IMG/VR virus record: IMGVR_UViG_3300025154_000082
Coordinates: 4,296 to 68,295 of that record
Strand: one strand, 5' to 3'
DNA from: a virus
DNA: 64,000 bases
Under the pieces are notes generated by a model, which searched no databases, had not been told where the DNA came from, and saw nothing but the letters and a program-made list of their open reading frames with translations. Positions 26,941 through 38,130 of the stretch are shown here, piece by piece. The position numbers and the translations under genes are program-made. The first letter of the stretch is position 1; every line of letters begins with the position of its first letter.

Positions 26941-29202
26941 TTATTTATTGGTTTGAGATAGTAGCAATTCTTTAAGATAAGTTTTTCTATTAAAGTCTGC
27001 TTTTTTCTTTATAGCTCTATTTACCGTTTCTATTTCACCAAAATGGAATACTTTTTGCTTTGCTCTCGTTTGCGAAACATAAATAAGATTGCTATTAAGC
27101 ATAAAGGTGTGAGCTTTAGGAGTTATCATAATAACCTTTTCACATTGACCGCCTTGGCTCTTTAATATCGAAATACTATATGAAAGCTTAATATTAATTA
27201 AATCACTTTTATTATAAATAACCAACTCATCAAATTGAATAATTAATTTACCATTCTTAATTTTTACGATTTTACCTATTTCTCCATTTGCAACAAATGT
27301 TTTATCATCTTCGTCTATATAACTTTCATTATATCTTATCGCACTATAATTATTAACAACTTGAATAACAAGATCATTCTCATAAAATTTTGTATCTCCA
27401 AGTTGAACATGTATATTTCCTGATAATACATTAGGATTTGCTATAGGTTGCAAGTGCTTATTTATAGCAACCGTTCCATAATCACCTACATTATACGATG
27501 ACAATATCATTATATCTTCTTTTGATGTTCCAGATGATAATAATTTTTGATATAACGCCACAACATTTTTCATTATATTTTCTTGCAACATAGGTATAAA
27601 CATATATCCTTTGTCATTACCAAACATTTGTGGATTTTTAGAATCTGCTAGGAATTTTTCACTATTTCTTGTTTTTGTTGCTACAGTTAATACTCCTCCT
27701 TCTCCATATCTAAATATTTGAGTAAGAGAAACTATTGGAATTAAATTTGAATTAATTAGATCATAAAAAACATTACCTGCTCCAACAGAAGGAACTTGAG
27801 CTGAATCTCCAATCATCAATAACTTAGTTTTAGAAAAATCAATTGCTTCTAATAGATGTTTCATTAAGAAAACATCACACATCGAAAATTCATCCACACA
27901 AACGATAGAATAAGGTAATTTACTTTCTTCGTTATATCCCCATATTGGAGGTTTGTATAATAATCCTCTATGTATTGTTGATGCAGGTTCTTTTGCATAT
28001 TCCGACAATATTTTTGCAGCCCTTCCTGTGGGAGCAAACAAACAAAATGATTTATTATTATCATTCAACATATCAATCAAAGATTTAGTTGTAGCACTCT
28101 TCCCACTCCCGCTAAACCCATTGAGAATACACACATTAGAATTACACACCATAGGTAAAACTTTATGTTGTTGCTCTGTGAGAGTAATATTCCCATTATT
28201 CTTATATTTTTCCGTATCAATTTCCCATTTATTTTCCACCTTCAATCCTTCTAAAATCCTATTAGCAATATATAATTCTGTTTGATATGTTTCTTCTAAT
28301 GCAACAGTATTTAAACCTTTATCAAAATGAATATCTTTATCATTCTTAATAATATCAACAAAATGTTCAATACATTTCTTTGCTAGTGCTTCAGATTGTT
28401 TTCTTAGGACTTTGATATCAATTTTAGTATTTCCATCATTCTCATTTTCTTCTAGTAGAAACATAATTGCTGATTTTTGTCTTTGACTAGAAGTTTGTAA
28501 ATCAAAAGTAAAATCAATTGGAGGAATTTCTCCTTTTGCTTTTGTTGTAATACAATCTTTGTTAAATTCAAGTAGTATCTTATCTGCAGTTTTGAATGAA
28601 ATTCTTGACAATCCGCATAAACACATGTACGGATTGTCTTGTAGTTTTTCTTTAATCTTATCCACTGAACCATATTTATCATATAATGCCTTTAAGATTT
28701 TGAATTCAATAAATCCTTTAAATTCTGTAACTAATTCTCCTAATACAAAATTCTCAACAATTTTTCTTTTAATGACCTCAAATCTAACTTCTCCAATATT
28801 GTATAATTTCTTTAAATCAATGTCATCTAAGCGATTATTTATAACTCTATCAATAATATCTGGATATTCACGCATCACTTCATCAACCTGACTATTACTA
28901 TCTAATATGCTTTGTAAAAACAATCTAGTTGATGTCTCTGTTTTAGGCATATCCCTTCCTATATTAATTACTTTATACGATATTCCATTTTTCCCTTCTT
29001 TTTCTTCTGATTTTATACTATACTCTATGCCCGTTTCAAGGTCGGGTAAATTTCCTAGAATGCTGACATTTTGATAAGAGTTTTTAACTATATGAGGATA
29101 TTTAGTTTCATCAACATCTAGTGCATATATTTTATAATCGTCAGTATTATAAGGGTTTGCTACCACAACACCTTTAAATTCATAAATTATTTTATTTTTC
29201 AA
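26941..29202 (-). CDS. SF1 RecD-like (Dda-like) DNA helicase
   Basis: Walker A GFSGSGKSAT, motif II VCVDEFSM, motif V/VI ILKSQGGQCEKV and YVSQTRAK. Confidence 0.7.
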   Translation of the reverse strand: MKNKIIYEFKGVVVANPYNTDDYKIYALDVDETKYPHIVKNSYQNVSILGNLPDLETGIEYSIKSEEKEGKNGISYKVINIGRDMPKTETSTRLFLQSILDSNSQVDEVMREYPDIIDRVINNRLDDIDLKKLYNIGEVRFEVIKRKIVENFVLGELVTEFKGFIEFKILKALYDKYGSVDKIKEKLQDNPYMCLCGLSRISFKTADKILLEFNKDCITTKAKGEIPPIDFTFDLQTSSQRQKSAIMFLLEENENDGNTKIDIKVLRKQSEALAKKCIEHFVDIIKNDKDIHFDKGLNTVALEETYQTELYIANRILEGLKVENKWEIDTEKYKNNGNITLTEQQHKVLPMVCNSNVCILNGFSGSGKSATTKSLIDMLNDNNKSFCLFAPTGRAAKILSEYAKEPASTIHRGLLYKPPIWGYNEESKLPYSIVCVDEFSMCDVFLMKHLLEAIDFSKTKLLMIGDSAQVPSVGAGNVFYDLINSNLIPIVSLTQIFRYGEGGVLTVATKTRNSEKFLADSKNPQMFGNDKGYMFIPMLQENIMKNVVALYQKLLSSGTSKEDIMILSSYNVGDYGTVAINKHLQPIANPNVLSGNIHVQLGDTKFYENDLVIQVVNNYSAIRYNESYIDEDDKTFVANGEIGKIVKIKNGKLIIQFDELVIYNKSDLINIKLSYSISILKSQGGQCEKVIMITPKAHTFMLNSNLIYVSQTRAKQKVFHFGEIETVNRAIKKKADFNRKTYLKELLLSQTNK

Positions 29203-29218
29203 TTATTTACCCTGCTTT

Positions 29219-32200
29219 CTAATATACATCATAGTTGATAAGTATCTCTTCGTCCTCATCTGACTTCATCCACTTGCCGCCAACGTTCTTTGTCTTCTTT
29301 TGAGTTTTGAATTCATTGACTTTTAAGACATCGTACAACTTGAAGGGGTTTTGGGAGAATATCTTGCCATCCTTGATTTTTGTCTTCATTTCTTTGCCAT
29401 TATTTATTTGGCGTAATGTGACATATGGTTTAGTTTTATCCTTATATACTTCATACTTAATAATTATATAAAAACTATCTCCTGCTCCTTCATTGATATA
29501 CTTAACATATTCTAAATAATCCATTTCAAATTTAACTTGATCTTTAATTGACATTGATTTGTCTTCTATAGTTTGAATAACTTCTCTGACATATCCTATC
29601 ATATCTAATTCTTTATAAAGTGTTTCAGTTGTTTTATTACTATATTTTTTTAATGTATCTTCATTAATATTTAGTTTTGCAATATCTTTGAAATTTATTT
29701 GTTTACGACTTGCAAAAGTATCATATATTTCAATTATTTGAAGAAGTTTTTTATTCTTGCCAAATTTTTTAAAGAAATCTAGTCCAGTTAATATTTTTAG
29801 CTGTCTTGAATTAGTTGAAGTATTTTTTATATCTTGCAATAGAGTTATAAAATTAGTATATTTAGTTTGTTGTGCTAAATTATATAACTCTATTGCCACT
29901 TGACCATTGAGAAATTTAATTGAAGTTATAGATTTATAAATTGTATTTGTTTTCCTATCAAATGAATATGTATCTATTGAATTTCCAAATTCAATGTCTG
30001 ATAATTTAATATTAAAATAAGGTAATTCTTCAAGAATCTTATGAGTTTTTTCTGTATCGGAATCATATTCATTTAATATAACCGTGTAGTATTCTAAGGG
30101 ATAATTTGCTTTTAAATAAGCCCCATATAAACTATCCCAAGCTACAGAAAGGCTGTGACTGGCATTAAAAGAATATTTCGAGGCATCATTGACAACTTGC
30201 CATACATCCTCAAACTTTTCATCATTACCTACGTTTTTTATATATCCTGCAATTAATTCACTTTTAAGTTCTGCAATCTCTTCTTCTTTAAATTTCTTTT
30301 TTGCAATCTTTTTGATGATGTCGTAAGTATGATCTTCTTTAAGTCCACACCATACAAGAAATGCCATAATAGATTCTTGATAAAGCATGAAATGATATGA
30401 TGGTTCTAGAATATCATCTATTTCTTTAACTCCTGTTGAATATTCATTTCTCTCTAAAAATGTATTAAGTAAACTTGCGAACCCTGGCCTAATGGCAGCT
30501 ACAAAACCAGAAATTTCTGCTACATTAATGGGGCAGTATCTTTTAACAAAAGTCGTACTTAAATCTGTGTCAACTTGATTAAGAGTTGCTGTCAATCCAT
30601 TTTTATATAAATCCCAAACCTTATCATTAAGGAGTTTTTTTAGTTCTCGAATATTCGGAATTGGTTTATCAAGTAATTTGAAAGTATCTGATACAATTTT
30701 CCAAACTTTTACAGTAAGAAAATCATTTTTAAGATATTTCCAATTATCGGATGTATACCCATCAATACATGCACAAATTTGATCCCCTACTCTTAGCAAT
30801 CCTAATTCTTTAGATATTGGTTTGTTCAACATAACAAAACTACATGGACTAGGAGATATACTATCTATTACTCCTATAAACTTTTTGGATTCTTCAATTA
30901 AATCTTTCCATTGTGGATCTTTAACGTATTTCTCAACATCTTTACCAACTTCATTGTATTGATCCATTGGCATATCATATGCTCTACATAGGTTTCTAAA
31001 AGCAGAAGACTCTTTCATAGTTCCTATGGCATACATATAGTAAACATTGTCTTCTCCTAAAATATCTTTAGATGCTTTAATTGGAGCTTCTACGTCTGCC
31101 CAATTAAAATCTATATCGGGCAAACTTTTAGATTCAAGAATTCTTGAAACAGTCATAAATCTTGAAGGATATAGAGGAACTTCAGATTCAAATCTATCTA
31201 TTTCTGTGAATCCTAGAAGTTTATTTACATAGAAGCTAACCGCACTGCCACGTCCCGTTCTAGTAAGAATTCCATCATATACATTAACTGCCCTATCAAT
31301 AATTCTTTCATTTAATAAAAAATAATCTGCCATATCTGTATCTTTAATGGTATTATATTCAAATGCGATTCCGTCTTGATATTCCTTATGTCTTTTTGGA
31401 TCAATATTTTTCTTTTCTTCTTCCCATTTTTCTAAAATAATTGATTTAAGTTTTTTATTAGAATCTTCATTGGGATAAATTGTTGGCATTTTAATATCTT
31501 TTGTGAAAATTAAATCTTCACATTGATCGAATATTAATGTATTATTTAGTGACTGGATAATTTGATTACTTGATAAGACATTTTGATCTTTATATCTTTC
31601 AACGATAGTATCATAATCAGGATAATCTAAGATAAATCCTTCTTCCTCTTCATATCTTAAACCCTTTCCTCTTAGAAATAAATCTCTATCATGTCTTTGT
31701 TCTGGATAGATATAGTGAGAGTCGTTGGCATGAATAATTGGAATATTAAATTCTCTAGCTAATTTAGTTATTTTTAAATTATGTATAACTTGAATTTGAT
31801 GAGCATGCGCTTGTGTTTCTAGATAAAAATTATTACCAAAATGTTTTGCTATAGGTTCTAAAAATATATTTGTAGCATCTTCATCTCTTAATATTCCTGC
31901 AACACAAGCAGATGTAACTATAAAATTGTTTGGATTTAATGAAAGCAATAAGTTTAAATCGATTCTTGACTTATAATAAAATCCTGTCTTATTTGATTCA
32001 GACATTATCTCATTTAATTGATAAAAAGCATCTTGATTTTTACCAATAATAATAATATGGCTATTTCTATTGTCTTTTTCAAATCTATCTTTTACAATAT
32101 AAAGTTCTGCCCCAAAAATCATTTTAATATCATTCTTTTGGCATAAATCATACATTTCTAAAAAGTTACCGCCCCACCCATGTTGAGTTGTAAATAGGGT

Positions 32201-32311
32201 GGTATGATTTAATTCTTTTGCTCTGTCTATATAATCTTGTGGTCTTACTATACAATCCAATGTCTTAACATTCGAGTAGTGACAATGTTTATGGTAATTA
32301 TTATATCTCAT
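29219..32311 (-). CDS. dnaE: DNA polymerase III alpha-like (DnaE-family replicative polymerase with N-terminal PHP domain)
   Basis: PHP start YHKHCHYSNVKTLDCIV ... TQHGWGGNFLE; 1030 aa. Confidence 0.75.
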   Translation of the reverse strand: MRYNNYHKHCHYSNVKTLDCIVRPQDYIDRAKELNHTTLFTTQHGWGGNFLEMYDLCQKNDIKMIFGAELYIVKDRFEKDNRNSHIIIIGKNQDAFYQLNEIMSESNKTGFYYKSRIDLNLLLSLNPNNFIVTSACVAGILRDEDATNIFLEPIAKHFGNNFYLETQAHAHQIQVIHNLKITKLAREFNIPIIHANDSHYIYPEQRHDRDLFLRGKGLRYEEEEGFILDYPDYDTIVERYKDQNVLSSNQIIQSLNNTLIFDQCEDLIFTKDIKMPTIYPNEDSNKKLKSIILEKWEEEKKNIDPKRHKEYQDGIAFEYNTIKDTDMADYFLLNERIIDRAVNVYDGILTRTGRGSAVSFYVNKLLGFTEIDRFESEVPLYPSRFMTVSRILESKSLPDIDFNWADVEAPIKASKDILGEDNVYYMYAIGTMKESSAFRNLCRAYDMPMDQYNEVGKDVEKYVKDPQWKDLIEESKKFIGVIDSISPSPCSFVMLNKPISKELGLLRVGDQICACIDGYTSDNWKYLKNDFLTVKVWKIVSDTFKLLDKPIPNIRELKKLLNDKVWDLYKNGLTATLNQVDTDLSTTFVKRYCPINVAEISGFVAAIRPGFASLLNTFLERNEYSTGVKEIDDILEPSYHFMLYQESIMAFLVWCGLKEDHTYDIIKKIAKKKFKEEEIAELKSELIAGYIKNVGNDEKFEDVWQVVNDASKYSFNASHSLSVAWDSLYGAYLKANYPLEYYTVILNEYDSDTEKTHKILEELPYFNIKLSDIEFGNSIDTYSFDRKTNTIYKSITSIKFLNGQVAIELYNLAQQTKYTNFITLLQDIKNTSTNSRQLKILTGLDFFKKFGKNKKLLQIIEIYDTFASRKQINFKDIAKLNINEDTLKKYSNKTTETLYKELDMIGYVREVIQTIEDKSMSIKDQVKFEMDYLEYVKYINEGAGDSFYIIIKYEVYKDKTKPYVTLRQINNGKEMKTKIKDGKIFSQNPFKLYDVLKVNEFKTQKKTKNVGGKWMKSDEDEEILINYDVY

Positions 32312-32321
32312 ATTTATCCTC

Positions 32322-33473
32322 CTAATCCATCAAATCCTTCATCCACGACAAATCCTCTTCATCTACTTTACTATCTTTATTATTAAACATCTCTAAAGTA
32401 TCAAGATATGCCTTATATGGTGCGTGAATTTTTGCTGAATAACCATTCAAATTCGCCAAGAAATAACTTTCTGTATCTGTAACATCTTGCCACCATATTT
32501 TATTATCCAATGTATTTTTATATTCAACTTGCTTAACCTTAATCTCTTCAACTGTCTTTACAATATCATCTAATAATTCTTGAATTGATTCATCATCTAG
32601 CGATATTTCAACATAACAATCTTTAACTACAAATTTACTCTTTACATCACCAGGTAAACATTCTATTGAATTGTCAACTACCATTTTATTAAGATAATCA
32701 TCTATTTCTTCTTCGCTGAATTTACTATCTGATTTCTTTAACCACATCTTAGCATTTGATGATAAACTACTTCCTATAGCATTTCTTTCAACGATTCTAC
32801 TTTTTAATTTGCCATTAGCTTGCATACATTCTACTTCTACATATTTAAGGAACGCCCATCTAGCAATAATTTGATCCATCGGTATGTTTAGTTTTTTGTG
32901 GACACCATAACTATAAAGTAGAAGTTGACCTTGCTCTTTCTCTATTTTTTTACCTTTATACAAGGAGCTTGTTTTCCAATCTGTGATTACGCAGATATCT
33001 TTATCTTCTCTTTTTTCCATATGTATAGCATCTACATAAGCCTGTATTAGTATATTATTTATCTTTATTGGAACAAAGACTTCAAGTTTCAATTTATGAG
33101 GTATTCGTTGATGATTTTTAAAGAAGTGTCTCATACATGATTCATATTTATTTCCTATTTTTTTATTTTTGTCTTCATCACTTCTATCATATTTTAGATT
33201 GCCAATAGTAAATTCAAATAGTTTTTCTTCAAATATTTCTATCATATCGGCGTAGGATATTTCTTTATTATAATATTTTTCTAATATATCATGAGAAGCG
33301 TTACCAAATACCCCGTATATTGAATCTTTTCTGTCCTCTGGTATTTTAAGAATATATCGTAAGAAGAAAGTATAAGTGTCTCCTTTGTATTGGTTATATT
33401 TTGACCATGAATATATTTCATCACAATCTAATTTATTAGCTATTAATCTAATTTCTTCGCCTGTTTTACGCAT
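32322..33473 (-). CDS. PD-(D/E)xK nuclease, RecB/Cas4-like exonuclease
   Basis: motif II YVDAIH and motif III VITDWKTSS (hDYKT-like). Confidence 0.5.
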   Translation of the reverse strand: MRKTGEEIRLIANKLDCDEIYSWSKYNQYKGDTYTFFLRYILKIPEDRKDSIYGVFGNASHDILEKYYNKEISYADMIEIFEEKLFEFTIGNLKYDRSDEDKNKKIGNKYESCMRHFFKNHQRIPHKLKLEVFVPIKINNILIQAYVDAIHMEKREDKDICVITDWKTSSLYKGKKIEKEQGQLLLYSYGVHKKLNIPMDQIIARWAFLKYVEVECMQANGKLKSRIVERNAIGSSLSSNAKMWLKKSDSKFSEEEIDDYLNKMVVDNSIECLPGDVKSKFVVKDCYVEISLDDESIQELLDDIVKTVEEIKVKQVEYKNTLDNKIWWQDVTDTESYFLANLNGYSAKIHAPYKAYLDTLEMFNNKDSKVDEEDLSWMKDLMD

Positions 33474-34248
33474 TAGTTATAATCTCCTCTTTATCTATAT
33501 CTTGAAATGTACATTGCCTATGAGTTTTTCTTTTACCTGCTAAACACTTATTAACATTAGCTTGTATTAAATCATATTTTTTACATATATCAGTTATTAA
33601 ACCTATGTCACTTTCTCCAGAAGGTAAATTTATTTTAATGTATCTGTTACTTCTTTTATTTCTTGAATTTTCACTTCTTGTTACTATTCTAATATTTTCT
33701 TCTTCATAATTACCATTGTTATCAATTCTGTCTACTTCATATATTTTATGATTTTGTAATAAATCTTCATACTTATCAACATTTTGTAAATAATCAATGA
33801 AATATTCAAAGCACAGCCAATTTTCTGAAACGAATATTCCTCTCCCTCCATAATCAATATAACTTTTAGTTGATGGATTGTAACATCTCTCTAACATTTG
33901 TTTCCAATGGGGATATAATTTATGGCGAGAAGACATATTACCCAAACACCCAACTCCACAAACTGCACCGTAATAATATGGATTTTTCAAAGTTCCGTTT
34001 TTTATATTATGATGTCTAGCCGATAATTGCGTACCATCATCAAATTCTACCAAAAAGGTATGATAATTACGGCGTTTTTCTATCATACCAACAATTCTAC
34101 ATATACCATAATTATTTGTTTCCCATAAACTACCGTTATAATATGTAACGGAGGTGTTAGCTATTAATTGAATTTCTTCAAATTGTTTTCTCAAGTCTTT
34201 TGTCCCTCTCTTTAATATATTTTTTATGTTCTGAGTCATCATATACAA
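33466..34248 (-). CDS. HNH homing endonuclease with C-terminal HTH
   Basis: HNH core EVDRIDNNGNYEEENIRIVTRSENSRN; C-terminal ...KCLAGKRKTHRQCTF. Confidence 0.6.
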   Translation of the reverse strand: MYMMTQNIKNILKRGTKDLRKQFEEIQLIANTSVTYYNGSLWETNNYGICRIVGMIEKRRNYHTFLVEFDDGTQLSARHHNIKNGTLKNPYYYGAVCGVGCLGNMSSRHKLYPHWKQMLERCYNPSTKSYIDYGGRGIFVSENWLCFEYFIDYLQNVDKYEDLLQNHKIYEVDRIDNNGNYEEENIRIVTRSENSRNKRSNRYIKINLPSGESDIGLITDICKKYDLIQANVNKCLAGKRKTHRQCTFQDIDKEEIITNA

Positions 34249-35263
34249 CTCTATGTTTTAGTAAATATCTATATACTTTCTCAGGTTTATCTGCTGGCGA
34301 TTCTTTTTCTTCTAGTAATCCATATTTATCGAACACATAACTTACGGTACGGATTCCATAGAATTTATCGCACATACTTCTAATATGTTGTAAGGAAACA
34401 TCTTTGTCCATACAAATAATTATTTCTGTATTAAGAGAAATCAATATTTTTACTTGTTCCTCAGATATATCATGTGATCCTATAGACACACCAGTTCCAT
34501 CTTTTCTACTATGTCTTTTTAATGTTGATTTCTCCGATTCAAACGCAACAACTCTATTTTCTTCTTGAATAGTCTTATAGTTTTCTTGCAATCCGTATAA
34601 ATGTATTGATTTTGGAAACTTTTTTAAAGGAAAATATTTAGGAATGTCTAACATTTTATATTCAGGAATTGTGGTTCTCCCAATCACTCCAACAAAATCA
34701 TTTTCATCACCGCACCAATACCTCCAGGGAATTATAATTCTTTTCTTTTCTGCACTATAACCAATTTTAAATACTTCACAGGTAAAAGGAAGAATACCAT
34801 CTATTCTTATCCAATCAATATGAGGTAATGGAATATACTCCTTGATAATCTCATTGTCATACAACTCAATGTCGTCAATGTTTACAATGCATCTTTTTCT
34901 TTTAACCTTTTTGAATACATTTAATGGATCTTTCTTATCAGGTTTATCTTGTTTATTAGTTTTAAATTTATATTCTAAACCAAATAATTCATGTAAATAT
35001 TTATTAGCTTTTGAAAATGAAATATTTTTTATAGTTTGGCAAAGAGTAAATATATCTCCTCTTATTATTTCACCATCAGATTGAAATATTTTAGTAGAAA
35101 GTGTTTCTTTGTTTATTGCAATATTATTATTTGATGCATGTTCGGGTAAACCAGACCTATATTCTTTTGTATATTCTTTAATACCATGACAATTTAGGGA
35201 TTTAAGTACTTCTTGTGTTTTATCATTGTCTAATATGTATTGTTTAAGCTCAATATAATCCAT
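34178..35263 (-). CDS. DnaG-like DNA primase (Toprim)
   Basis: N-terminal CHG...PEH zinc-finger-like region, RNAP-domain PKYFPLKKFPKSIHLYGL, Toprim VVAFESEKS and IIICMDKD. Confidence 0.6.
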   Translation of the reverse strand: MDYIELKQYILDNDKTQEVLKSLNCHGIKEYTKEYRSGLPEHASNNNIAINKETLSTKIFQSDGEIIRGDIFTLCQTIKNISFSKANKYLHELFGLEYKFKTNKQDKPDKKDPLNVFKKVKRKRCIVNIDDIELYDNEIIKEYIPLPHIDWIRIDGILPFTCEVFKIGYSAEKKRIIIPWRYWCGDENDFVGVIGRTTIPEYKMLDIPKYFPLKKFPKSIHLYGLQENYKTIQEENRVVAFESEKSTLKRHSRKDGTGVSIGSHDISEEQVKILISLNTEIIICMDKDVSLQHIRSMCDKFYGIRTVSYVFDKYGLLEEKESPADKPEKVYRYLLKHRVVYDDSEHKKYIKERDKRLEKTI

Positions 35264-35283
35264 TCAAGTATATTCACCTACCT

Positions 35284-35949
35284 TTACTTAACTATTTTTG
35301 CATCAAATCCATATTTTTCATATAAATGACTATTGTTAAAATTTTTTATTTTTATCTCCTCCTTTAATCTTGCTATAATAGCATCATCTAATTCATCAAA
35401 ATAACCTAAATGTTTTTTCTTTCCATAAAATATCTGTGAATGCCATTTATTCATCTGTTTGTTAAAATAAACTCCTTGGCAACCACTACTATTATTTATA
35501 TTTGGGTTCCTATTAACATTATTTTGTCTGTGATCTGTAGTTCTGAGATTATATTTACGATTATTACTTTTTTGTCTATCGATATGATCAACTTCTATTT
35601 CTGGATTATTGACTCCCATAATAAGCCTATGTATTCTAATTGTTTGTTTTTCATCTTCATCATTTTCTGATATACTAGAAACAATATATCCTCGTTTGTT
35701 TTTATGCCAACAATATACTTGTATCTTATCATAGTCTTCTAAATCAAATTCAAAGTAATTATTTCTAAAATCATAACCTATACCATATTCACCAGTTAAA
35801 TCATATGTATTAGTTTTGCTACACCTAGCAATATTAACTTCTTTTTGCAAACATCCACAACTTCGAGTATTTCCATTTCTTAAACTAGTGCCATTTACTG
35901 TAAATATAGTTTTAAGAGGACAACTACATTGAACAATCCAATGACACAC
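35284..35949 (-). CDS. HNH-AP2 homing endonuclease
   Basis: IEVDHIDRQKSNNRKYNLRTTDHRQN followed by AP2-like SGCQGVYFNKQMNKWHSQIFYGKKKHLGYFDELDDAIIAR. Confidence 0.7.
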   Translation of the reverse strand: MCHWIVQCSCPLKTIFTVNGTSLRNGNTRSCGCLQKEVNIARCSKTNTYDLTGEYGIGYDFRNNYFEFDLEDYDKIQVYCWHKNKRGYIVSSISENDEDEKQTIRIHRLIMGVNNPEIEVDHIDRQKSNNRKYNLRTTDHRQNNVNRNPNINNSSGCQGVYFNKQMNKWHSQIFYGKKKHLGYFDELDDAIIARLKEEIKIKNFNNSHLYEKYGFDAKIVK

Positions 35950-36042
35950 CCTATGTTTATTAATGTGAGAAAACTCTAAAACTAATAATCTATCAAATGT
36001 TTTCCCTTTTAAATCAATTATTTTTCCCCATATATAATCTCC

Positions 36043-37572
36043 TTACCAATCCATAGGTATATTAACTATACCTAATTCTTTATATACATTTCTCGAATAA
36101 TCATTTTCGCTGATAATCTGAAATTCATCTGTACTTCCAAATCTATTCTTAGTGACAAATATAATAGTATAAGACTTATTTTTGTCAAGTTTAAAGGGTA
36201 TGCGAGTAAGTTTATTTTTACCTTCTAATCTAAAACATTTTAATTCATTTTTACCACCTTCAAATTCATCATCAAATGGTTTTCTTATCATTAAATTTGT
36301 TGATGCTACATCTACGATATTCTTAGCCAAACCAATATTATCATTTGTAAAATGCCTTTGTTTTGTACTACTTTTTCCTAATTGATATGTAATCCATATA
36401 TGTACATTTTTCCCTGCTGGTTTAATACAATCATAAATAGCAACACTATCCTTTGTCATTTCTGTCCATACTTGATCTGTTGAATTAATATCTGCACTAG
36501 CCTTCATTGTATCTAGTATGAACATTGAGCACCCTAATGAATGATATTTTTTGATAGTTTTAATTGCTAAAGACGCATTATATTTAGGAAATGGAATTAT
36601 AGTAATATTTTTATTCTGTTTCTTTTCTTCTATCCAGTCTGCACATTGATGTAATAATTCTTTATCTTCTGGAGAAAATTTACCATCTCGCAATCTATAT
36701 TTTTGAAAATCTTTTTTGAATATATTATTAGCCACCCATATAATTAATTCTTTTCTCCATTTTGTCACATCTTCTTCATTTATCATTATGCATAATTTTT
36801 CATCATAAGTTATAACTTGTGGAAGAATTAATTCAATAGTTGTTGTGGTCTTACCTGCCCCACTTAAAGCTCCTAACATTGTAATATTACCTTCTAAATT
36901 ACCTCCAATTTCTTTATTTAGAATAGGGGAATTATACAAAGGCATCCCTACTGCCAATCCTTTATCCATTTCATCTACTAAATCATGAATCTCTTCGCAT
37001 AAATTATAACTCTTGACATCTCCTTCTGCATTGATAAATATATGATTTAAGTGAGTTTCATAATATGCATAAATTTGTTCAACATCCATATCCGCAAACT
37101 TACTTAATTTATCATACACTGGAAATTTTGCTTTCAATAACCCCAACACAGCATTCCATTTATGTAGTTCACTTATATAACCAATTAAGTTTTCTTCCTT
37201 GACATACTCTTTAGCTTTTTCAATAGTATCATAACCACCATATTCTTCATATTTAATCTTCAATTTATTGTGTTTTTCAAGATATAATCCAACAGTTATT
37301 TCATCTAATGATTGTTTTTTCTCTTTAATTACTACATCATGTGCAATTACAAAATAAATCTTCCATATATTATTACTAAACTCTTCTACTTTTAATTTCT
37401 CATTTGTATAAATTAATTCAGGATTCTTAAAAAATATAGAAGTTATATTGGCTTCTGCTGATAATTTAAACTCTTTTACTTTTTTTACAGCATCAATGAG
37501 TAATTGTTCATAAGGACTTATTTCTTTTTTTACAACAGTAGTTTTTGACTTTGTTTTTGTAGCAACAGCCAT
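36043..37572 (-). CDS. DnaB-family replicative DNA helicase
   Basis: Walker A MLGALSGAGKTTT, Walker B SMFILDTMKA; N-terminal DnaB-like helical domain. Confidence 0.7.
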   Translation of the reverse strand: MAVATKTKSKTTVVKKEISPYEQLLIDAVKKVKEFKLSAEANITSIFFKNPELIYTNEKLKVEEFSNNIWKIYFVIAHDVVIKEKKQSLDEITVGLYLEKHNKLKIKYEEYGGYDTIEKAKEYVKEENLIGYISELHKWNAVLGLLKAKFPVYDKLSKFADMDVEQIYAYYETHLNHIFINAEGDVKSYNLCEEIHDLVDEMDKGLAVGMPLYNSPILNKEIGGNLEGNITMLGALSGAGKTTTTIELILPQVITYDEKLCIMINEEDVTKWRKELIIWVANNIFKKDFQKYRLRDGKFSPEDKELLHQCADWIEEKKQNKNITIIPFPKYNASLAIKTIKKYHSLGCSMFILDTMKASADINSTDQVWTEMTKDSVAIYDCIKPAGKNVHIWITYQLGKSSTKQRHFTNDNIGLAKNIVDVASTNLMIRKPFDDEFEGGKNELKCFRLEGKNKLTRIPFKLDKNKSYTIIFVTKNRFGSTDEFQIISENDYSRNVYKELGIVNIPMDW

Positions 37573-38112
37573 TTACCATAATTCCTCCAATTCCTTATCA
37601 ATATTTTTATCTTTTGATTTTGCTGTATATTCAGCTCCTTCATGTATTTGATTTTCTAATTCTATATGTATGGTTTTTTCTTCTGCTTTTTTAGAATTTT
37701 TTAATCTTAATACCACATTATTTATTTCATTTTCAACAAAACTCATAATAGTATTTATTAAATGCCGTTCATCTTTAATCTTATCTCTACTTGGGCCTAA
37801 ATATTGAAGAATACTATATTTACAAAATTTACAAGTCAATAATATAATTTTATAATCATAATTTGCTTGTGGTTTCTGTTTTTTATTTGCCATAAATGTT
37901 CCTTTATGTAAACCTTTAAGTCTCAATGCTAAGTATCTTGGGAATTTTATACCTGTTTCATACTGTAAAATTTCTTTAAAAACATAGTTTGCTAATTCTA
38001 ACCAATCCTCTTGCTCTTGTTTCTTGGTAATTTTCTCTTCCATTAAATCACCTCTAATAGTTTTATTAGAACTAGGGATTATTGGTTTGTCAATAATCCC
38101 TATTAAATTCAT
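37573..38112 (-). CDS. hypothetical protein
   Basis: 179-aa ORF abutting dnaB-like stop. Confidence 0.3.
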   Translation of the reverse strand: MNLIGIIDKPIIPSSNKTIRGDLMEEKITKKQEQEDWLELANYVFKEILQYETGIKFPRYLALRLKGLHKGTFMANKKQKPQANYDYKIILLTCKFCKYSILQYLGPSRDKIKDERHLINTIMSFVENEINNVVLRLKNSKKAEEKTIHIELENQIHEGAEYTAKSKDKNIDKELEELW

Positions 38113-38130
38113 AGGTATGTGTATATTTAT

